In this document: one piece after another, positions 1-9,609 of the stretch
How positions within the stretch are numbered: the stretch's first letter is position 1
Layout of the letters: every line of letters starts with the position of its first letter
Assembly: GCA_963769935.1 (NCBI GenBank)
Contig: CAVYNY010000009.1
Coordinates: 160,001-224,000, forward strand
DNA from: an uncultured delta proteobacterium
Lineage (GTDB): Bacteria > Desulfobacterota > Desulfobacteria > Desulfobacterales > JAFDCJ01
Direction of reading: 5' to 3'
Length of the DNA: 64,000 nt
Notes under the pieces: generated by a model
Told to the model about the DNA's origin: nothing
The model's input: only the letters and a program-made list of their open reading frames with translations
Database searches by the model: none
Program-made: the position numbers and the translations under genes

Positions 1-411
1 GCCATCACCATCCCGGAAGTGCCGCGAATGGCCCGCCTGGTGCGCAGCATCGTAATCACTCTCCGCGAGCAGCCTTTTATCGAAGCAGCTGTCTCCATTG
101 GAACCGGTCTTCCCAAAATTCTTTTCCGCCATGTGCTGCCCAACACCATTGCACCGTTGCTGGTGACCGCAACCTACGCTTTCGCCTCGGCGGTCATCAC
201 CGAATCTCTGCTGGGATTTATCGGCGCCGGAACGCCGCCGGAAATTCCCAGCTGGGGCAACATCATGGCGGATGGACGGACCTATTTCGAAATCGGCTCC
301 TGGATCATCTTTTTCCCGGGGGCCTTTTTGACGCTGACGGTGCTGGCCGTAAACATTATGGGAGACGGGCTGCGGGATATGCTGGATCCGCGGCTTTCGC
401 GGCAGTTGTGA
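1..411 (+). CDS. Peptide/nickel ABC transporter permease (DppC/OppC-like), 5' end outside the window
   Basis: Frame open from base 1; EAA motif (FIEAAVSIG...ILFRHVLPN), PSWG motif and GDGLRDMLDPR C-terminus. Confidence 0.93.
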   Translation, partial: AITIPEVPRMARLVRSIVITLREQPFIEAAVSIGTGLPKILFRHVLPNTIAPLLVTATYAFASAVITESLLGFIGAGTPPEIPSWGNIMADGRTYFEIGSWIIFFPGAFLTLTVLAVNIMGDGLRDMLDPRLSRQL

Positions 412-539
412 GTTCAGAGGTTCTGGGGGTTCCGAGGTTCTGGGTTCAGGGTTAAGCCTAACCGCCAGTTTCCTGGCTTCCCAGCTTCCAAGCTTCTGTT
501 GACCGGTAACGAATAACCAATAACTGATAACAAAACATA
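412..539. repeat. Degenerate 7/8-mer tandem blocks (ggttcng, gcttccnn, ataacnn)
   Basis: Directly visible periodicity between the permease stop and the ATPase start. Confidence 0.75.
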
Positions 540-1568
<1,029 letters not shown>

Positions 1569-1575
1569 TAATATG

Positions 1576-1885
1576 GAATGGATTCTATTATATTTTTTTA
1601 TTCAGACAGGATAAACAGGATTAGCAGGATTATTTTTTTGTCTTCATCAATTTCCGCAAGAAATTGATGAAACACAATCCACCTTCGGTGGAAAGCAGAA
1701 ATTCAGTATGGCCGGCATTCTTTCTTGAATTGTTTGCCCAAAAATTTTTGATACCTTATCGCTTAATAGCTACCTCGCAGAAGGCGATTGAGTATTCTTT
1801 GTTTCATCCGGAAACAAAGAATAAAAAAATTCAATAAATCCTGTAAATCCTGTCTAAAAAAAATAAAATATAAAGGAATCCATTC
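1576..1885. mobile_element. About 310-bp AT-rich MITE-like element with imperfect terminal inverted repeats
   Basis: Left GAATGGATTC...AGACAGGATAAACAGGATT mirrors right AATCCTGTAAATCCTGTCT...GAATCCATTC; internal perfect 12-bp stem 1643-1671; sits between two normally adjacent ABC ATPase genes. Confidence 0.6.
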
Positions 1886-1941
1886 AATAATGATATCTTT
1901 TGTCTAGTATAAAGCATCATACAGAGCCAGGATTAACATCG

Positions 1942-2958
1942 ATGCCTAACATTGCTACTCATACGTCCGACATGCCGGTCGAAGAAATACTGGCGGTCTC
2001 TAACCTCAAGAAGTATTTTCCGGTCCGGGGCGGTATCCTGATGCGCACGATCGGCCAAGTTTTGGCGGTGGACGGCGTGTCCTTTGATATTCGGCGGGGC
2101 GAAACCCTGGGCCTGGTCGGAGAGAGCGGCTGCGGCAAGACCACCGTCGGCAAAACGGTTTTGAGACTCATCGCACCCACCGCCGGGGAGATCCGCTTGA
2201 AATCACGAGATATCACCCATCTGGAGGGCAGCGAGCTGCGGTCTGTGCGGCGGGAAATGCAGATGATTTTTCAGGACCCGTATTCATCATTGAATCCGCG
2301 CATGTCGGCCCGCGACATTGTCGCGGAGCCGATGGAAAATTTCGGACTGGCAAGCGGCAGGGAAAAAAGAGCACGAGCGGCGACCTTGCTGGAGCGCGTC
2401 GGTTTTCGCGCCGGCCAGATGGCCAAGCGGCCGCATGAATTTTCCGGCGGGCAGCGCCAGCGCATCGGCATTGCCAGGGCCCTGGCGTTGAATCCGAGCC
2501 TGATTGTCGCCGACGAGCCGGTTTCCGCCCTGGACGTATCCATCCAGGCCCAGGTAATCAATCTTTTAGTGGACCTGCAAAACGAATTCAATCTGGCCTT
2601 CTTGTTTATCTCCCACGATCTGGCGGTGGTCAAACACATCAGCCACCGCATCGCCGTCATGTATCTGGGAAAGATTGTTGAACTCGCAGACAAAAAGGAC
2701 TTGTTTGCAGCGCCTCTTCACCCGTACACGGAAGCTCTGCTGGGGGCCATACCGATTCCCAACCCGCGGGCGGACCGCAAGGTAATCATACTGGAAGGAG
2801 ATATCCCCAGCCCGATTACCCCGCCGCCGGGCTGCCGTTTTCACACCCGCTGCCTCTATGTTTTTGACCGCTGCCGGATTGAAGAGCCGCCGTTAATTGA
2901 AGTGACGGCGCGACATTGGGCCGCGTGCCATTTGCGTCAGCCGCAGGAGAGTTCATAG
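1942..2958 (+). CDS. Peptide ABC transporter ATP-binding subunit (DppF/OppF-like)
   Basis: [38 protein letters not shown]; start placed at ATG 1942 after AGGA (ORF open from 1900). Confidence 0.95.
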   Translation: MPNIATHTSDMPVEEILAVSNLKKYFPVRGGILMRTIGQVLAVDGVSFDIRRGETLGLVGESGCGKTTVGKTVLRLIAPTAGEIRLKSRDITHLEGSELRSVRREMQMIFQDPYSSLNPRMSARDIVAEPMENFGLASGREKRARAATLLERVGFRAGQMAKRPHEFSGGQRQRIGIARALALNPSLIVADEPVSALDVSIQAQVINLLVDLQNEFNLAFLFISHDLAVVKHISHRIAVMYLGKIVELADKKDLFAAPLHPYTEALLGAIPIPNPRADRKVIILEGDIPSPITPPPGCRFHTRCLYVFDRCRIEEPPLIEVTARHWAACHLRQPQESS

Positions 2959-3143
2959 CTCATAGGTCATAGCTGATAGTTCGGAGTTCATAGTTTGTAG
3001 TTGATAGATCATAGTTGATGGGGGTGAAAAGGAGAAAGGCAAAAGGAAAAAGGTCAAAGGAAAAAGGAAAAAGGGTGTTAGCTTGTTGAGTTTATTGTGT
3101 TTGTTGAGTTGAAAAGGATAAAGGTGAAAGGTATAAAGAAAAA
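2950..3143. repeat. Mosaic of degenerate tandem arrays (7-mers agntsat and aaaggnn; 9-mer ttgwgttn)
   Basis: agttcat agctcat aggtcat agctgat...; aaaggca aaaggaa aaaggtc aaaggaa... Confidence 0.85.
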
Positions 3144-4589
3144 GTGACGGAAATTATGGATTGGGAAAAAATCTTTCGACTAACGGCTGCCGGAATTGCA
3201 ATTCTGATCATCATTTCTGGTGGAGATGCCTGGGCGGAATATAAAAAACCCAACATTATACTCATTGTTGCGGATGACCTTGGCTATTGCGACAGCGATC
3301 TCTATGGGTGTGATCGAATCCCGACTCCCAACATCGATACGATTGCCCGAAACGGAGTTCTTTTCACGGCTGGCTACGTCACCAATCCTGTTTGCGCGCC
3401 TTCCCGGGCCGCGTTGATGACCGGCCGCTATCAGCAGAGATTTGGATTTGAATACAACACCGGCCCATTGAGCCGGGATTACGACCAGGGACTTGGATTG
3501 CCGCTGGAGGAAATTACTGTGGCTGACGTGCTTAAAAATTCTGGCTACGTTACCGGCATGGTCGGCAAGTGGCATTTAGGAACCCGGCCAAAGTTCCATC
3601 CCCTCAAACGAGGATTTGATGAATTTTTCGGTTTTACGTTTGGGGCGAGTCTTTACATCAACCCCAACCGCAAGGATGTCATGAGCTATTTTAAAAATGG
3701 CCGGACCCAACTGCCCGACTGGAAGGGACGTGATGCTCGAAATCCGATTATGCGCGGCACCGTGGCAATTAAAGAGGAATCATATTTGACGGATGCCTTT
3801 ACCAGAGAAGGCCTATCCTTTATTGAACGACATCATCAAGAACCTTTCTTTCTGTATCTAGCCTACAGTGCGCCACACACACCGCTTCAAGCTACGCTCA
3901 AGTACTACGCACGTTTTGAGCATATCAAGGATGAGCGGCAACGAATCTATGCTGCTATGGTTTCGGCCTTGGACGACGGCGTGGGGCAGATTCTAAGCAA
4001 ACTCAGTCAATATGGTCTGGCAGCCAATACCCTGATCATTTTTCTCAGCGACAATGGGTGTGCCCTCTACACGAAAGCCTGCAGCAATGACCCCTTGCGA
4101 CTTGGTAAATTATCCCAGTTCGAGGGCGGCGTGCGGGTTCCCTTTGCCATGATGTGGCCGGATCAGATAGCGCCCCGAGCGAAATACGACGACCCTGTCA
4201 GCGCTTTAGACATCATGCCGACAGTTCTTGCGGCCGCCAATGCAAAAATGATCCAGGAGAGAGTGTTGGACGGCGTCGATCTGCTTCCCTATTTAAATGG
4301 GGAAATCGATTCCCCACCCCATAAAATTCTGTTCTGGCGCGATGGCCCCAACTGGGCTGTCAGGGATGGAAACTGGAAGCTGTTCGCAGCCGAAGGACAT
4401 TACTGGCTTTTCGATCTTGCCGTGGATATCGGCGAAAAGACCAACCTTGCCGATCTAAATATGGAAGTCTGCCAAAGGTTAAAAAATGAACATGATCAAT
4501 GGAATGCTAAAATGATGCCACCGCTGTGGGGGCCGCGCGGTAGCATTCCTTTTGAACTCGATGGGGTTAATTTGAAATGGCATTATTAG
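3144..4589 (+). CDS. Cys-type sulfatase (arylsulfatase A family), probably exported
   Basis: Hydrophobic N-terminal signal ending AWA; KPNIILIVADDLG, CAPSRAALMTG (CxPxR), GKWHLG, SDNG motifs. Confidence 0.93.
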   Translation: MTEIMDWEKIFRLTAAGIAILIIISGGDAWAEYKKPNIILIVADDLGYCDSDLYGCDRIPTPNIDTIARNGVLFTAGYVTNPVCAPSRAALMTGRYQQRFGFEYNTGPLSRDYDQGLGLPLEEITVADVLKNSGYVTGMVGKWHLGTRPKFHPLKRGFDEFFGFTFGASLYINPNRKDVMSYFKNGRTQLPDWKGRDARNPIMRGTVAIKEESYLTDAFTREGLSFIERHHQEPFFLYLAYSAPHTPLQATLKYYARFEHIKDERQRIYAAMVSALDDGVGQILSKLSQYGLAANTLIIFLSDNGCALYTKACSNDPLRLGKLSQFEGGVRVPFAMMWPDQIAPRAKYDDPVSALDIMPTVLAAANAKMIQERVLDGVDLLPYLNGEIDSPPHKILFWRDGPNWAVRDGNWKLFAAEGHYWLFDLAVDIGEKTNLADLNMEVCQRLKNEHDQWNAKMMPPLWGPRGSIPFELDGVNLKWHY

Positions 4590-4635
4590 CAATTGCCCGT
4601 TTTGATTTAGACACATTTAAATATAGGAGCCTGCA

Positions 4636-5724
4636 ATGAAGAGGAACCTGCCGTTTCCCATCGTAAAAACCGGAGGCTCTCCCTTCGAGCGCGGCGAACA
4701 GTACGGCTCGCAATGCCGGGAGATGATTGCCCGGGTGATCGATTTTTATCGCTGGATTTTTGAGGTCAAATCCAAGCTCAGCTGGGAGCAATCTCTGGCC
4801 AAGGGCGCCGAATTTGTGCCTGTTCTCAATAAATACGACAGCGACATCATGGAGGAAATCGAAGGCATTGCCCGCGGAGCGCACCGCCCGGTTGAAGAAA
4901 TTGTCGCCCTCAACGTGCGAACCGAACTGTTGTTTCTGCTGGCTGCCCAAGCCGGTGGTGGCATTGCCGAATGCACATCTGTGGCCGCAGTGCCCCCGGC
5001 TGCCGAGCATACCCTGCTGGCCCAAAATTGGGACTGGTATCCCCAGGTACGCGATTGTTGTGTGATTTTAGATGAAGCGCCGCATGGCCGACCCAAGATC
5101 CGGCAGGTGGTGGAAGCGGGCATCATTGCCAAAGCGGGCTGCAATTCAGCCGGAATCGGCCTTTGCACCAATGCGCTGGTAACCAGCGGCTGGCGCGTGG
5201 GGGTTCCCTACCACGCCATATTGTGGCGAATTCTGAAGTCCGCAACCATGGCCGAGGCCATCGGGGCCGTTACCGGCCCTACGCGGGCCTCGGCGGCCAA
5301 TTATCTCATCGGCCATGCGGACGGCGAAGCCGTCAACCTGGAGGCCGCACCGCAGGGGTTGAACGTGATTTTCCCGGACAAAGGCATCATCTCCCATGCC
5401 AATCACTGCAAGGTCGGCAACGCCGACATCACCGACTTGACGCCGGCGCTATGGCCCGATACCATCATGCGGGATTACCGGGCCGGCAAAATCCTGCAGC
5501 AATACAGCGGCCGCATTGATGCCTCATCCATTCAGCAGGTTTTAAAAGATCATTTTGACAAACCCAATTCCATCTGCACCCATACGAACGTCAATTCGCC
5601 GCCCCAGGAACACGGCCAGACCAATGTGTCGCTGATCATGGATCTGACTGCAAAAAAATTCCTCGTCGCCAAGGGGCCGCCCTGTGAGCATGAGTATATT
5701 CAGATTGACGACATGGAGGGTTGA
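4636..5724 (+). CDS. C45 family Ntn-hydrolase / acyltransferase (AAT-like)
   Basis: GEQYG N-terminal motif, autoproteolytic ECTS cysteine, AQNWDW, HANH. Confidence 0.88.
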   Translation: MKRNLPFPIVKTGGSPFERGEQYGSQCREMIARVIDFYRWIFEVKSKLSWEQSLAKGAEFVPVLNKYDSDIMEEIEGIARGAHRPVEEIVALNVRTELLFLLAAQAGGGIAECTSVAAVPPAAEHTLLAQNWDWYPQVRDCCVILDEAPHGRPKIRQVVEAGIIAKAGCNSAGIGLCTNALVTSGWRVGVPYHAILWRILKSATMAEAIGAVTGPTRASAANYLIGHADGEAVNLEAAPQGLNVIFPDKGIISHANHCKVGNADITDLTPALWPDTIMRDYRAGKILQQYSGRIDASSIQQVLKDHFDKPNSICTHTNVNSPPQEHGQTNVSLIMDLTAKKFLVAKGPPCEHEYIQIDDMEG

Positions 5725-5930
5725 AAAATCCGATGGGTCGATATGGCGGTTTAAGGATAGTGCAGTTATTGTTGACATAATCAATGAATTTGGAAGTTGT
5801 GCATAGTCAGACATATCGCAGGTTTTCGAGATGGATGATATTTTCGCCTTTTGAGCGGGTATCTCAGGAATCATCAGGGTGAAAAATGCCGAATGCTTCA
5901 CCCCGGTTGTTTCCTCGATGCACACAGATA

Positions 5931-6044
5931 TTTTTGTCGTTTTAACCTGCGAACCACATTATTGTGACAGTTAATATGTCACAAAAGATTGACTCACGAC
6001 AAATATAAGGCTATTTTGTCGTAAAAACTAATTTCGCGACAAAA
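5931..6044 (+). promoter_or_regulatory. Sigma70-like promoter (TTGACT-17-TATTTT) overlapped by TTGTCR/YGACAA palindromic operators
   Basis: -35 at 5989-5994, -10 at 6012-6017; inverted pairs TTGTGACA/TGTCACAA (5962-5984), ACGACAAA/TTTGTCGT (5996-6022), TTTTGTCG/CGACAAAA (6014-6044). Confidence 0.55.
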
Positions 6045-6046
6045 AG

Positions 6047-7426
6047 ATGCCAAAATATATTGCAGAAAATGATCTATCCCCCATTGAATCCCTGCTTGCC
6101 GACCGACATGACGGCTGGCGGATTGGGGAACTAGAGAAGGCCCTTGAGGATCAGGGCCTACCCTTCAATCGCCGTACTTTGCAGCGACGGTTGGCCCGGC
6201 TCGAAAAAACAGGACGCATCCTGATTGCCGGTGTGGGGCGGGCCACTCGATATCTGCCCGTTGTCGCCGCCGAAAAATCGACTGAAGCCGATGGCGGTAT
6301 CTTCCTTTCGGCTGATGCAAAGGAGGTACTAAGTCGGATCAGCAGGCCTTTATCTGCCCGCCCACCGGTTGGTTATCAAAGAAAATTCACCGATAGCTAT
6401 CAACCGAATGCAACTTGGTACCTGCCGGCGGCAATACGAAGCCACCTGATGGCTGTTGGCCGGCGCATGGGTGTCGACTATGCCGCCGGAACTTACATGC
6501 GGCAAATTCTTGACAGGCTTCTGATCGATCTTTCCTGGGCCTCCAGCCGGCTGGAAGGAAATACCTACTCGCTCCTTGAAACCGAAAGACTCATCGCGTT
6601 AGGGGAAGCAGCGGCTGGAAAAACACCCTTCGAAACCCAGATGGTGCTCAATCACAAAGCGGCTATCGAGTTCCTCGTAGATGCGGTAGATGAAATCGGG
6701 TTTGATCGACGAACTATTCTTAATCTTCATGCCCTGCTTTCGGATAATTTGCTGGGTGATCCGTCCGCATCAGGGCGACTGCGCGCTATCCCTGTTGGTA
6801 TCGGAAAGTCTGTCTACGAACCGCTGGCGGTGCCGCAACTCATCGATGAAATCTTCAGTCAAATACTGGATACTGCTGTTGCCATATCCGATCCATTCGA
6901 ACAGGCATTTTTTGTCATCGTACACCTGCCTTACCTCCAACCGTTTGAGGATGTCAATAAACGGGTTTCGCGGCTGGCGGCGAATATTCCCTTCATTCGC
7001 CACAACCTGTGCCCGCTGTCCTTCATGGATGTACCGGAGGATCTTTATGTCAACGGACTGCTGGGTGTTTACGAACTTAACCGTATTGAGCTTATGAGGG
7101 ACGTATTTGTTTGGACCTATGAACGGTCGTGCAATCGTTATCAGGTCGTACGGCATACTTTGGGGGAGCCCGATCCATTTCGGCTGCACTACCGGAAAGC
7201 CTTAATCGATTGCGTGGGTGAGGCAGTCCGGCAGGTTGGCCGGGGGAATGCTATTGATACCGGAGAAGTCCTTTTAAAGTCAGCCAAGGACCTGGTGCCG
7301 GAAAATGACCGTGAACACTTTCTCAAAATCGCTAAAGAAGAAATCGCCGCATTGCACGAGGGAAACTATGCCCGTTTCCGGCTCCGCCCCAGTGAATTTA
7401 AAGACTGGCAAAAACGAAAGATCTAG
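6047..7426 (+). CDS. Fic family protein with N-terminal winged-HTH-like region; non-canonical active-site motif
   Basis: SSRLEGNTYS motif, NHKAAIEF, Fic motif variant QPFEDVNKRVSR; N-terminal RRTLQRRLARL...GVGRATRY. Confidence 0.88.
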   Translation: MPKYIAENDLSPIESLLADRHDGWRIGELEKALEDQGLPFNRRTLQRRLARLEKTGRILIAGVGRATRYLPVVAAEKSTEADGGIFLSADAKEVLSRISRPLSARPPVGYQRKFTDSYQPNATWYLPAAIRSHLMAVGRRMGVDYAAGTYMRQILDRLLIDLSWASSRLEGNTYSLLETERLIALGEAAAGKTPFETQMVLNHKAAIEFLVDAVDEIGFDRRTILNLHALLSDNLLGDPSASGRLRAIPVGIGKSVYEPLAVPQLIDEIFSQILDTAVAISDPFEQAFFVIVHLPYLQPFEDVNKRVSRLAANIPFIRHNLCPLSFMDVPEDLYVNGLLGVYELNRIELMRDVFVWTYERSCNRYQVVRHTLGEPDPFRLHYRKALIDCVGEAVRQVGRGNAIDTGEVLLKSAKDLVPENDREHFLKIAKEEIAALHEGNYARFRLRPSEFKDWQKRKI

Positions 7427-7993
7427 TGGCCACCTACGTCAGACTTATCAAAGGTTTTCCGGCCGGCTGATAGCCTGAGGCTTTTGGACAATATCACAGA
7501 TTTAGCAGCATCTACATTTTCTGTAAGATTTTTATGCAAGCTGTGCACGAGCGTTCCACCAAACTTTATAGGGAGCATGGCAGGCGCAAATTGAAACACG
7601 AATTGAATTGATCTTATAGCTGGGACAAATGGCGATGGCATTTAGTCAACTCAGTCAACAACGTCCCCGAGTTTCCCCTAAAGATCAATTATAATATCAG
7701 CCGGCCATGCCCCGATGCATTCTCACTTCTTAGGTACATCGCAAGTATTAAATTCCGGTCTTCTGGCGCTACCCAAAATCTTCGAGTACTACTCGACCCA
7801 ATCATGGACTGGACTGGCGGGGCTCCCACTAATACATGATGCCCAAATTATTCTGGAAAATGGTCACGTTGGGAATTGGATATCGCAGGTTATTGTTAGA
7901 GACATATCTTACCGGCTTGTTGGAGAAATGACAGGTTCCATACCAGATCCCATGGCCATAAGGGCTCGTGTGGCCATCATCCATGTTTTTTGT

Positions 7994-8052
7994 TCCGAAC
8001 GTTTGCAGACAGCGGCGTGCCGCATTCGGCCTTACGCTGGAAGGCGTTGGGC
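7994..8052. other. Putative attC-like site (59-bp imperfect palindrome)
   Basis: TCCGAAC...GTTGGGC ends, inner CAGCG/CGCTG and GCCG/CGGC stems; 16 bp downstream of the 8069-8494 stop. Confidence 0.4.
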
Positions 8053-8068
8053 GGCGGTCAGCGTCTAC

Positions 8069-8494
8069 TCAAGACGGCGGTTTTTTCCCGAGCACCCGTT
8101 CGATAGCCGGCACAATATCCTCAGGACCGCGCACAAGGATGATCTTCGATTTCGGCGCGTTCGCGTGGACGATGTTGAGAACTCGATTGAACCAGACAGT
8201 GGTCGCTTCTGTCGCGGGGAAATTTTCGGCGTCCTGTCCGTTGATGTAGCCGCCGATGGCCACGCCATCGTACTCGACTCGCTTCAGCTCCGCGACCAGC
8301 CGTGCGTCCCCGGCTTCATCGTTCGTGAGCGCGAAATTTGTCGCCTGGAACCCGAGCGAACGGAGTTTCTCTTGAACGGCGGATGCGATTTCGGGATGTT
8401 TGCCGAACCCGAGGATGCGCCAACCCGTAGGTTGTGAGTAAGAGGCAGTCGACATTCCGAAACTGAACATGCTGGAGCCCTCCTTTGGACTCAT
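8069..8494 (-). CDS. Hypothetical protein (small alpha/beta fold), possible gene-cassette ORF
   Basis: Protein-like composition (YDGVAIGGYING, KIILVRGPEDIVPAIERVLG); more plausible than the overlapping + strand ORF; start could be 8470 or 8455. Confidence 0.7.
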   Translation of the reverse strand: MSPKEGSSMFSFGMSTASYSQPTGWRILGFGKHPEIASAVQEKLRSLGFQATNFALTNDEAGDARLVAELKRVEYDGVAIGGYINGQDAENFPATEATTVWFNRVLNIVHANAPKSKIILVRGPEDIVPAIERVLGKKPPS

Positions 8495-8654
8495 ACTTTC
8501 ATCAATTCAGCTCGTGAGAAAGCCAAATGTGCACCCAACCCAAACTTAGGATATCATCGAGACTTTGACAACATTACTTGCATTATTATGAAATCATAAA
8601 ATATTCAAGTATACTGACCGGATTATTGAAAATTTGTAATATTTCAAAAACCGA

Positions 8655-9376
8655 TCATATCCCAAACCATGGCCGAATAGCGACGCCTTCACGGGTTAGG
8701 GCTTGATCGCCGCCGTATACCAGAGTGGCGCTGTCCAATGGTCGGCCGCTTAGTTGGCACCACCAGCGCAGGCTGTCGAGCATGTCGCCGGAGAGAGTTT
8801 GGGATGATTTAATTTCCACCGGATAAAGTTGACCGGCATCGTCTATGATCAAATCAACTTCATGGCCGGTACGGTCGCGCCAGAAAAACAGAGGCGCGGG
8901 CCTTCTGTGATGCTTGTAAGCTTTGACCGTCTCTGAAATCACGAGGTTTTCGAAAAGAGCGCCGCGAAGGGGATGGGTTGGAACCTGATCCGCCTCCCGG
9001 ATTCCCAACAGATGGCAGAGCAGACCGGTATCAAAAAAGTACAGCTTGGGACTTTTGATTACCCGCTTGCTGAAATTGCGGTGACGGGATCTTCGTCAAC
9101 CGCGGATTGAATGTAGGACAAAAGGTCGGGAACGTGCTGGATTTCGTCGAGTATGGCAGGGCCTTACAACTGGGACAGAAATCCCCGCGGATCTTCCTGG
9201 GCAAAACGCCGCTGGTCGATCAGCTCCAGCGAGATATACTGGTGGGATGGGAAGGCAACTCTTGCCATGGTGGTTTTGCCGGCCTGCCGCGGACCGGTAA
9301 GGGTGACCACCGGGTAGTAGCCGGCATCACGGACCAGGTAATCTTTGAGCAGTCTGTTTTTTAAGTTAGAAGCCAT
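8655..9376 (-). pseudogene. AAA ATPase / DUF4143 family pseudogene
   Basis: Walker A GPRQAGKTT, in-frame TAA at 9164-9166, then Walker B ILDEIQ; near 9085 it jumps in another frame to RVIKSPKLYFFDTGL...FEN...FWRD...EVD...VEIK; middle of the gene missing. Confidence 0.88.
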
Positions 9377-9418
9377 GTTGCTAATTTACGATTGGATCGT
9401 TGATTTATCAATATGATT

Positions 9419-9481
9419 AAAGTTTTTTTCGATTAATCTGGCCGTCTTTTGGGCCAGCGGCCTGGCTCGTGTGAAACTTCA
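9419..9481 (+). repeat. About 63-bp dispersed repeat, copy 1
   Basis: Near-identical reverse-complement copy at 34247-34311. Confidence 0.85.
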
Positions 9482-9609
9482 CCTGAACGGAACAGCGAAC
9501 CGCAGAATATCGAACCGCAGAATGTCGAAGGTTTAATGAGTTTTTGGTTCGTGGTTATTCGTGTCCCTTCGTGGCTAACTCATATTTTAAAAGACTAAAA
9601 AGCCACAAA

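Noticed and set aside
7715..8437. 240-aa plus-strand ORF
   Set aside because: Mostly antisense to the more protein-like 8069-8494 gene, crosses the attC-like palindrome, no recognisable motifs
9164..9166. Stop-codon readthrough in the AAA gene
   Set aside because: The stop is TAA and the gene also has an internal deletion, so pseudogenisation is simpler
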